Below are positions 29,395 through 37,138 of a stretch of DNA of 64,000 nucleotides, piece after piece. The notes beneath the pieces are model-generated. The model did no database searches and had not been told where the DNA came from. It saw only the letters and a program-made list of their open reading frames with translations. A program made the position numbers and the translations under genes. Each line of letters opens with the position of its first letter. The first letter of the stretch is position 1. The DNA is taken from positions 672,001-736,000 of the forward strand of contig CAVVLO010000002.1 of assembly GCA_963749155.1 (NCBI GenBank), written 5' to 3'. The DNA comes from an uncultured Armatimonadia bacterium (GTDB taxonomy: Bacteria; Armatimonadota; Zipacnadia; CAVVLO01).

Positions 29395-30903
29395 ATGGAA
29401 CTTGATCGTAGCGCACTTGAAAGTATCGTAGCCCAGGTAGTGGAGAATCTGCAGAAAGGCGGCGCGCCCGCCGCGGCGGCGCCTAAAGCTGCGGCTCCCA
29501 AAGCCGAGGCTCCGAAGGCTGACGCGCCAAAGGCTGATGCGCCTGCACAAGCAGCTTCCAAACCCGCCAGCAAAGTGCCCAATGACCTTAAGACGGGCGA
29601 TGGGGTCTTCACGGGAATCGACGAAGCCATCGCGGCAGCCAAGGCAGCCCTTGCCGAGTATGCAAAACTTGGCTTGTCCGACCGTAAGGTTATCGTTGCC
29701 GCTCTTCGTAAAGCCGCTCTTGACAGCGCTCACGAGATGGCCGACCTTGCCTGGCGCGAGTCTGCAATGGGCCGTTATGAGGACAAGGTGCTGAAGAACC
29801 AGATGGCCGCGAAAGGCTCTCCCGGCGTCGAATCGCTGAAGCCTTATGAGACCTTCGTCGGCGATCTGGGCACTCATATGGTCTACAACGGGCCCTGGGG
29901 CGTAATTGGCGCCATCACGCCAGTGACCAACCCGACTTCGACCATAATCAATAACGCCATCATCATGCTGGCCGCAGGCAATACTGTGGTCTTCGGACCG
30001 CATCCCCAGGCTATGGTCTGCTCGATAAAGCAACTCCAGATACTAAGCCGGGCGGTGCGCGAGGCAGGCGGGCCTGACAACCTGATGACCTGCGTAGTCG
30101 AGCCGACGATCCGCACGGCCGCCGAGATCTTCAAGTCCGACGACATCGCGATGATCTGCGCGACTGGCGGTCCGGGAGTCGTGCGCGCCGCTATGGAAAA
30201 TGGCAAGCGCGTCGTTGGCGCGGGCGCGGGCAATCCGCCCGTCATCGTGGACGAGACGGCCGACATCAAGCGCGCCGCCTGGTCCATTGTGGAAGGCGCC
30301 AAGTTCGACAACGACCTGCCGTGCGTGGGCGAGAAAGAGATCTTCGTCGTCGATTCGGTCGCCGATGCGCTCATCCGCGAACTGAAGAACCAGGGCGCTT
30401 TCCATGTGCCCGAATCCAGGGTGGACGCGCTCACCCCAATTTGTATCAAGGACGGTAAAGCTAACCGCCCGATGGTCGGCCAGAATGCCGAGATCATCCT
30501 CAAAGCCGCTGGCGTTGACGTCTCGGGCGACCCGCCAATTGGCATCTTCGAGACCGACTTCGAGAACGATGTGGTGCAGGAAGAACAGCTTATGCCCATC
30601 GTGCCAATCGTACGTTGCCGCAACTTCGAGCAGGCACTGGAATACTCTCGCCTGGCCGAACACGGATATACGCACACCGCGCTGATGCACTCGACCAATA
30701 TCGCGCGCATCACGGAGTTCACCCGCGTGATGCAATGTACGATCACCATAATCAACGGCCCCTCGTATGCTTATACAGGCACCGAGGGCGAAGGTTATGT
30801 AACCTTGACGGTTGGCACCAAGACAGGCGATGGCGTCAGTAATCCGTTGACTTTCACGCGGCGCAGACACACGTCCTTCTCGCGCACGCTCAATCTCATC
30901 TAG
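29395..30903 (+). CDS. CoA-acylating aldehyde dehydrogenase (PduP/EutE family)
   Basis: N-terminal encapsulation helix, xAPKA linker, GAITPVTNP, ATGGPGVV, AGAGNPP, catalytic DNDLPCVGEK, EQLMP. Confidence 0.95.
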   Translation: MELDRSALESIVAQVVENLQKGGAPAAAAPKAAAPKAEAPKADAPKADAPAQAASKPASKVPNDLKTGDGVFTGIDEAIAAAKAALAEYAKLGLSDRKVIVAALRKAALDSAHEMADLAWRESAMGRYEDKVLKNQMAAKGSPGVESLKPYETFVGDLGTHMVYNGPWGVIGAITPVTNPTSTIINNAIIMLAAGNTVVFGPHPQAMVCSIKQLQILSRAVREAGGPDNLMTCVVEPTIRTAAEIFKSDDIAMICATGGPGVVRAAMENGKRVVGAGAGNPPVIVDETADIKRAAWSIVEGAKFDNDLPCVGEKEIFVVDSVADALIRELKNQGAFHVPESRVDALTPICIKDGKANRPMVGQNAEIILKAAGVDVSGDPPIGIFETDFENDVVQEEQLMPIVPIVRCRNFEQALEYSRLAEHGYTHTALMHSTNIARITEFTRVMQCTITIINGPSYAYTGTEGEGYVTLTVGTKTGDGVSNPLTFTRRRHTSFSRTLNLI

Positions 30904-30915
30904 AAGTGAGTCAAA

Positions 30916-32232
30916 ATGGCAGGTAGCCAGTTTCTGGATAAAGTCCGCGAGGCTGGGGTGGTCGGCGCCGGTGGCGCTGGCTTCCCAACCCATGTAAAAC
31001 TCGATGCCAAGGTGGATTGGCTGATAGCCAACGCTGCCGAGTGCGAACCGCTGCTGCACGCCGATGCGGCCGTACTCGAACACGAAGGCGACAAGGTCAT
31101 CCGCGGGATGATCGCCGCCGCCGAGCAGGTGGGCGCGACCCGCATCACCATCGCAATCAAGCGCAAGCACACCGAGCTCATCGAGGCGCTTCAGGCCCAG
31201 GTCAAAGGCACGCCGGTTGAGCTCTGCGAACTCAACGATACCTATCCTGCTGGCGATGAGCATGTGATGGTCTACGAAGTCACTGGCCGCATCGTCCCCG
31301 AGGGGGGCATCCCCCTTCAGGCAGGCTGCGTGGTCAGCAACGTCGAGACCTACCTCAATGTCGCTGGCGCGCTCGATGATGAGCCGGTTACCATGAAATA
31401 TGTCACTGTAAATGGCGCAGTGGCAGAACCGCAGACCTTCATCGCGCCGATTGGCATAAGTCTGGAAGCACTTATCCGCCAGGCTGGCGGGCCCACGATT
31501 AACGACTATGTCGTCGTCACTGGCGGCTGTATGATGGGCCGCATCGGCTCTGTAGATGAATCACTCACCAAGACAGTCAACGCGGTACTCGTCTTCCCGC
31601 CGGACCATGAGGTCGTCTCGAAGACGAAGCTCACGATGACAGCCGCCGAGACTCAGGGCAGCGCCGCCTGTTGCCAGTGCTGGGATTGCACCAAGGTGTG
31701 TCCGCGCTATCTGCTGGGCCACAACCTGCAACCGCACCTTACGATGCGCGCGATGGCTTATGGCAAGCCGGAAAACTCCGATGCTATCACTATGGCGTGG
31801 CTTTGCTGCGAATGTGGCACCTGTGAGATGTATTGTCCTATCCGCCTGTCGCCCCGGCGCGTGTATCAGGGCATCAAAGCAATGCTCAAAGAGGCCGGCG
31901 TGAAGAATCCCCACACCAACGCGGACCTGCAGGCGCGCGAGACCAGGCCTTACCGCCTGGTGCCCTCAAACAGACTGCGCGCCAGGCTCAATGTAGAGCG
32001 CTACAATGTGGACGCCCCGCTGGTCGAGACGCCGCTCAGTGCCGCCGAGGTGGAGATCCCCCTCAGGATGCAGGTCGGCGCGCCTTCGCAGCCGGTCGTC
32101 GCGGTTGGCGATGTGGTGAAGGCAGGCCAGCTTATCGCCTGCATCCCCGAAGGCGCCCTGGGCGCCAATATCCACGCCAGCATCAGCGGCAAGGTCACCG
32201 CGGTGGACGGCTATATTGCCATCGAGGCTTAA
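30916..32232 (+). CDS. pduS: PduS/RnfC-like NADH-dependent FMN/Fe-S oxidoreductase
   Basis: GVVGAGGAGFPT, NAAECEP, YPAGDE, CCQCWDCTKVCP, CCECGTCEMYCP, C-terminal GANIHASISG. Confidence 0.9.
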   Translation: MAGSQFLDKVREAGVVGAGGAGFPTHVKLDAKVDWLIANAAECEPLLHADAAVLEHEGDKVIRGMIAAAEQVGATRITIAIKRKHTELIEALQAQVKGTPVELCELNDTYPAGDEHVMVYEVTGRIVPEGGIPLQAGCVVSNVETYLNVAGALDDEPVTMKYVTVNGAVAEPQTFIAPIGISLEALIRQAGGPTINDYVVVTGGCMMGRIGSVDESLTKTVNAVLVFPPDHEVVSKTKLTMTAAETQGSAACCQCWDCTKVCPRYLLGHNLQPHLTMRAMAYGKPENSDAITMAWLCCECGTCEMYCPIRLSPRRVYQGIKAMLKEAGVKNPHTNADLQARETRPYRLVPSNRLRARLNVERYNVDAPLVETPLSAAEVEIPLRMQVGAPSQPVVAVGDVVKAGQLIACIPEGALGANIHASISGKVTAVDGYIAIEA

Positions 32233-32246
32233 GTGAGGACTGCTAT

Positions 32247-32795
32247 ATGAACCGCGCTATCGGTATGATCGAATATTTCAGCATCGCTGCGGGCATCAAA
32301 GCTACTGACGAGATGCTCGATGCGGCCGCTGTGGAGTTGCTTTTCTCGATGCCCGTCTGTCCGGGCAAGTATTTCGTGATGTGCGCGGGCGAGGTCTCGG
32401 CTGTCCAGACCGCCGTAAACGTCGCTCGCAATGTATCGCCCGAATTGACCACCGACTGGGTGCTGCTGCCCAATGTGGACGAGTCCATCTTCTCCGCTCT
32501 GACCGGTACAGTGCCTGTCGACGATATCAAAGCCCTGGGCGTTATCGAGACCTTCACTGGCCCCGCTGCGGTTATGGCCGCCGATATCGTCGTGAAAGCT
32601 GCCGATATCAAGCTTATCGAGATCCGCCTGTGCAAGGGGCTGGGCGGCAAGGCCTACACGCTCTATACAGGCGATGTGTCGGCCTGTGAATCCGCGACTC
32701 GTGTTGCGGTGAACCAGCTCCAGAGCCAGTCGCTTATCGTCTCTTACGCGGTCATCCCCTCGCCCAACGAGGAACTTATCCGCGCCTTGCTCTGA
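32247..32795 (+). CDS. pduT: Tandem-domain BMC shell protein (PduT-like BMC-T)
   Basis: AIGMIEYFSIAAG, VCPGKY (pore Cys), ALGVIETF, GLGGKA, GDVSA. Confidence 0.9.
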   Translation: MNRAIGMIEYFSIAAGIKATDEMLDAAAVELLFSMPVCPGKYFVMCAGEVSAVQTAVNVARNVSPELTTDWVLLPNVDESIFSALTGTVPVDDIKALGVIETFTGPAAVMAADIVVKAADIKLIEIRLCKGLGGKAYTLYTGDVSACESATRVAVNQLQSQSLIVSYAVIPSPNEELIRALL

Positions 32796-32823
32796 CCCCC
32801 TTCCCCAGCGGCAGGAGGCCCTG

Positions 32824-34029
32824 ATGAAGTTACTCGTGCTCAATAGTGGTGGCTCGTCGGTCAAGTACAAGCTGTATGATATGAGCGATGAGAGCGTCCT
32901 CCTGGCGGGGGGCGTGGAGCGCCTTAACGAGCCGTCCGGCCTGGTCAAGCATAGGTGGGGCGCGGGGCAGGTTCACGAAGAAGAGATGCCCTCTCCAAGC
33001 CATCAGAAGGCCATCCTCCGTGCCCTTGAGCTGGTCGTGGATCCTGGCCTTGGCGGACTGGCGTCCCTCTCCGAAGTCGAAGCCGTTGGCCATCGCGTTG
33101 TGCACGCAGGCGAGCACTACACTGGCTCGGTGCTCATCACCCCTGACGTCGTCCGCGCGCTTGAGGAGTGCTCCGACCTCGCGCCGCTGCATAACCCGCC
33201 CAACCTGGCGGGTATCCGCGCTGCCCAGGCCGCGATGCCCCAGGTGCCGCATGTTGCCGTCTTCGACAACGCCCTGCACCACACGGTGAAGGATTACGCT
33301 TATACCTATGCCTTGCCCTATGAATACTTCGAAAAATATCGCATCCGCAGGTATGGTTTCCACGGGGTGGCTTTCCGCAGCGCGACCGCCCAGGCCGCCG
33401 AGTTGCTTGAGAAACCCCTCTCAGAGCTGCGTCTGGTCACGCTGATGCTGGGCAGCGGCTGCACGGCCAATGCGATGAAGCACGGCGCCTCTTGCGAGGT
33501 CAGCACGGGCTTCACCCCGCTGGAAGGGCTCATCCAGTCGACGCGTACGGGTGATATGGACCCTGCTGTGCTGCTCTATATAATGGAAAAAGAAGGCAAG
33601 ACCCCCGCCGAGATGAACGCCCTGCTCAACAAGCAGAGCGGCTGGTATGGCATCTCGGGCGTCAGTCAGGATATGCGCGAGGTGACGCGCAAAGCTACCG
33701 AAGGTGATTACCGCGCCAACCTGGCTATCCAGGCTTTCTGCCATCGAGCCAAGAAATACGTGGGCGCTTACGCGGCGGCGATGGGCGGGATTGACGCTCT
33801 GGTCTTCGCCGGGGGCGTGGGCGAGAACGAATGCGGGCTACGCGCCGAGATCTGCGGTGGCCTGGAGTTCCTCGGATTGTACCTCGATTCGCGCAAGAAC
33901 CGCGATCACAAGGGCAAGCCAGGGGTAGTTTCCACCGACGCCTCGCCCGCGAGCATCGTGGTTGTGGCCTGCAACGAAGAATTGGTAATCGCGCGCGACA
34001 CCGCTGAGGTCGCCGCCAGGGAGGGTTAA
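32824..34029 (+). CDS. Acetate/propionate kinase family protein (divergent)
   Basis: LNSGGSS.K, GHRVVH, APLHNP, RYGFHG, FTPLEG, TRTGD, GGVGEN, NEELVIA. Confidence 0.93.
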   Translation: MKLLVLNSGGSSVKYKLYDMSDESVLLAGGVERLNEPSGLVKHRWGAGQVHEEEMPSPSHQKAILRALELVVDPGLGGLASLSEVEAVGHRVVHAGEHYTGSVLITPDVVRALEECSDLAPLHNPPNLAGIRAAQAAMPQVPHVAVFDNALHHTVKDYAYTYALPYEYFEKYRIRRYGFHGVAFRSATAQAAELLEKPLSELRLVTLMLGSGCTANAMKHGASCEVSTGFTPLEGLIQSTRTGDMDPAVLLYIMEKEGKTPAEMNALLNKQSGWYGISGVSQDMREVTRKATEGDYRANLAIQAFCHRAKKYVGAYAAAMGGIDALVFAGGVGENECGLRAEICGGLEFLGLYLDSRKNRDHKGKPGVVSTDASPASIVVVACNEELVIARDTAEVAAREG

Positions 34030-34034
34030 GCAAT

Positions 34035-34412
34035 ATGCGCAAGCCTGAAGGGGCCAGAGTCTGGCTGATCGGAGACGCCTATCTGCCCGCCGAGATCAAC
34101 CCCGAGCTGCCAGGGCACGAGTCCACCTGCGTGCTCAACACCTCGGAGAAGCCCGCCAACGTCGTGCTGACGTTCTACTTCGAGGATCGCGATCCCATCC
34201 GCGACGTGAAGGTGCCGGTCGGCCCAGAGCGCACGCTGCACATCAGGCTGGACAAGCCTGAGATGCTCGGTGGGATGACCTTGCCGCGCCTGGTGCCTTT
34301 CGCCATCAGGGTGGAGAGCGATATCCCGATCGTGGTGCAACATTCGCGCCTGGACGTCACACAGCCCAATCTGTCGGTCTCGACCAGCATCGCCTATCCG
34401 CTGGAAGACTAA
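34035..34412 (+). CDS. ASRT (Anabaena sensory rhodopsin transducer) family protein
   Basis: G.RVWLI.DAYLP, HESTCVLN, FYFEDRDP, RTLHIR, ESDIPIVVQHSRLD. Confidence 0.88.
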   Translation: MRKPEGARVWLIGDAYLPAEINPELPGHESTCVLNTSEKPANVVLTFYFEDRDPIRDVKVPVGPERTLHIRLDKPEMLGGMTLPRLVPFAIRVESDIPIVVQHSRLDVTQPNLSVSTSIAYPLED

Positions 34413-34433
34413 CCCGACTCCGTAGCTCCTCTG

Positions 34434-34469
34434 AAGCCCCGGCGCCGCAAGGTGGCGGGGCTTTGTTTT
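34434..34469 (+). terminator. Intrinsic terminator closing the BMC operon
   Basis: AAGCCCC-G(G)CGCC-GCAA-GGTGGC-GGGGCTT followed by TGTTTT. Confidence 0.75.
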
Positions 34470-34479
34470 GGGCGGTTGG

Positions 34480-36931
34480 CAGACTAACCTCACCAGGTGG
34501 GACCCGATGACTTCTGGTAGTACTCGACCGGTTTCTGGGGCCTGGGCCGCCACCAGGTGGGACTGCAGGCAGCCAAGGCGTTCCAGCAGCACGGGTATAG
34601 CACCAGCGCTAGCAGTGGTCGCCCTGGCGTGCCGTGCTGATGCCTCGGAGCGACATTGCAATGCGATCTTGCTGTCGCCCTGCGGATCCCACATTACCCT
34701 GTGCGCGAAGGCTCCAGCAGGGCGATTGGCGGGCAGTACAACTCCTTGCCTCACCATCGACGCGAGCCCTCGCGCGCTACCTCAGCCGTAGGCGGCGCGG
34801 CGCTTCGTTCGGCGTTGCATTAGGTTTCCATCCTTCAGCCATGCGTTCGAGGCCCTCGGCGAGGGCAGGGCCTCTGCCTCCAGGAGCTCAGTCACGCTCC
34901 TGTCAGCGCGAGTCCGCACCAGACGGCCTGGAGCGTCGAGGCAGGAAGGTCCCACTGCCAAACCTGGCCAGTCAGTAGCGGCTGGCATAGAGAGCATCGG
35001 CCAGGTCTTGTGGCGGCGGGGTGCGCGTGGAATGCCAGGGCTCGAGCCAGGGCACATCGCCGTAGCTGGCAAGCAAGACTTCGGCCTGCTGACGCACGCG
35101 CTGCCAGTCAGAGCGCAGCAAGGCGTATCGCACCTCGTTGCCAAGCTCTCCCGCGGCCTGCCGGGCCTCTGGCGCCACCGGGTAATCTGGCGCGCGCAAT
35201 ACTTCGGCCGGTCCCTGCTGGGGGCGGCAGCAAGTGCTTCGGGCAGCATCGTATCAACTGGGGAGACCTGGGGCAGCGTGACCGGTTCAACGGTCACACC
35301 TTGGTAGCCAGTCGGCGCCTTTCGTGAGGGTCTGGCAGTGGTGGCAACACTGGGCTGCTTGTCTTCCTCCAGCCCCGGTACGTACTTGCGATATTCGACC
35401 GGAAAGAGTTCCAGGCGCTGCTCGTCGGGGAACCAGGCCCAGTCCAGCCCAAAGAGGGGCATAAAATCCTGCGCGGCGACGAGAAGGCGTCACGCGGTGA
35501 GGAGGCATAAATCTGCGCGCACGAGAGCGCGCCTTCGCGCAGCACTGGCGCGCTCAGCGTCACCGGCTTGCCCGCGACCTCGGCCTGGATGCTGCCGACG
35601 GTCAGCAGCACTTTCGTGTTAGGCGTCCGGGTGGACTCGGTCTTGTCGCTCCCCTGCTCCGGAGGCGCCAGTCGCATCACCTTTAGCTCTACAGGGCCCT
35701 GCTCCCATCCGGAAATGAGACGCGCCGAAGCCCCCAGTATGAGGGTCGCCTCGACCGGTGCGTAGATAAAACCATCTCTCGCGATGGCCGCGCAGACAGG
35801 CTGGTTACCCAGACAGAGTAGAGGCTGCGCGAGTCCGGCTGCCGCTAAGGCTCTTCGGGCATCGAAGTAGTTAAGGGTAGCTGTTGCGGCAGGCTGCCTG
35901 TACCACTCCTGAAGTGAGTCCTCAGAACAATGAAACACAGGCGACATACTTCGAGCAAACTGCGCATCCCGCTCTCCTTCCAGCAACTGGACATACGGGA
36001 CGCACTCGGCGGGCTGACCGTTGACCAGCCCACGGATAGCCTGGGCTTCAAGGGCGGCTTCCTCAAGGGTCGGGGTGGACAGGTAGTCCACTTGGGTTCC
36101 TTTTTCGGGATAACCGAGTTTCTCGTTTGCAGCCCGGCGCCCCTCAGGTGTGCGCAGGTCGAAGCCGTCGAGTTCTGAGGCGCGAGGCTTATACCAACTC
36201 AACACCTTGAAGTCCGAGCCCAGGCGCTCTGCTGCCCAGCCCAGACGTTCTTCGGCCAGCTTCAGCAGTTCCACATCGCCTGCCACCAGTTGCAGCTTCG
36301 CCCACTGCAGGCAGTGGGCTTCCTCGGCGAAGTGGTCCACCATCGCGGGGGAGGGATTGCCTCCGGCTCCGGCAAGCCCCGGCTTGCCCAGCTTGCGCAA
36401 GGCCAGGTCGGTCAGCAGCCAGGGCGTTGACGCTGGCCATGCGAAGTACGAGGCCCACGGCCCCCACTCGGGGCCCAGTAGCGGAGCAGTCGCCTCAAGC
36501 AGCCCGCGCCAGTCCTCGGTCAGGAAGCAGAGCCGGGCAAGCAGAGAACGCGCGCTGACTGGGTAGATGTAGGGCTTCTGCTTGCCTTCATCTTGCTGAC
36601 CGCCTTGGAGTAGCAACTTGCGGAGCGCCTCAACACTGGTATAGGCGGCATCCACCTCTTCTTGCGGCACTTCTGTATTGCCGTAGTAGGCAACCAGCGC
36701 CATCACGTCGCCGTACATCGCCTGCAAATCCTCGATTTGGGCCTGCAGAAGGACCCAGTCGGCGGGTGTTTTTGCTTCGGGCAGTTGCTTGTGGAGGTCA
36801 GCAAGGGCTTCAGCCTGGGCGCGTAGCTCGGGGTCACTGGGCAGCAGGTAGCCATAGGGAACCGGTTCAGCACAGGCGGTAGCGAGCAGAAAGGCAACCA
36901 ATAGCGCGAGGCAGAGTGTTGCGCGGGTCAT
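34480..36931 (-). CDS. Secreted hypothetical protein with a copper-amine-oxidase N-terminal-like domain; several frameshifts, 3' end uncertain (may be more than one gene)
   Basis: Signal peptide MTRATLCLALLVAFLLATACA; FIYAPVE...VLLTVGSIQAEVAGKPVTLSAPV; continuation in ORFs 34782-35462 and 34972-35199. Confidence 0.5.
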
Positions 36932-37077
36932 AGCGATTCCTCCCAAAGCAAGATGGTGAGGCGCTGCTGACACTTGGACTTGAAGCGAAACCGATTTGTT
37001 CCATTATAACCGATAAGGCTAGCTGGGCAGGGAGGATTTACTAATTCGATTTGGCGAAACACAAAATCAGGCCTCCA

Positions 37078-37104
37078 GCAGGAAGCTTACCCTCTCATGT
37101 GTAA
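37078..37104 (+). promoter_or_regulatory. SigH-like promoter motif
   Basis: GCAGGA-N17-GTAA. Confidence 0.4.
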
Positions 37105-37138
37105 TTTACTTCCGGCTACGGCCCAGGGGAGGGCAACT

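Noticed and set aside
29461..29545. 15-bp tandem DNA repeat in the aldehyde dehydrogenase gene
   Set aside because: It encodes the (A/E/D)APKA flexible linker after the encapsulation peptide; codons vary, so it is a protein-level repeat
22588..34412. Classical Pdu, Eut or glycyl-radical microcompartment
   Set aside because: No diol dehydratase, ethanolamine ammonia-lyase, glycyl radical enzyme or activase, despite PduL, PduS and PduT homologues
34035..34412. Light-sensing rhodopsin system
   Set aside because: No seven-helix rhodopsin gene in the window
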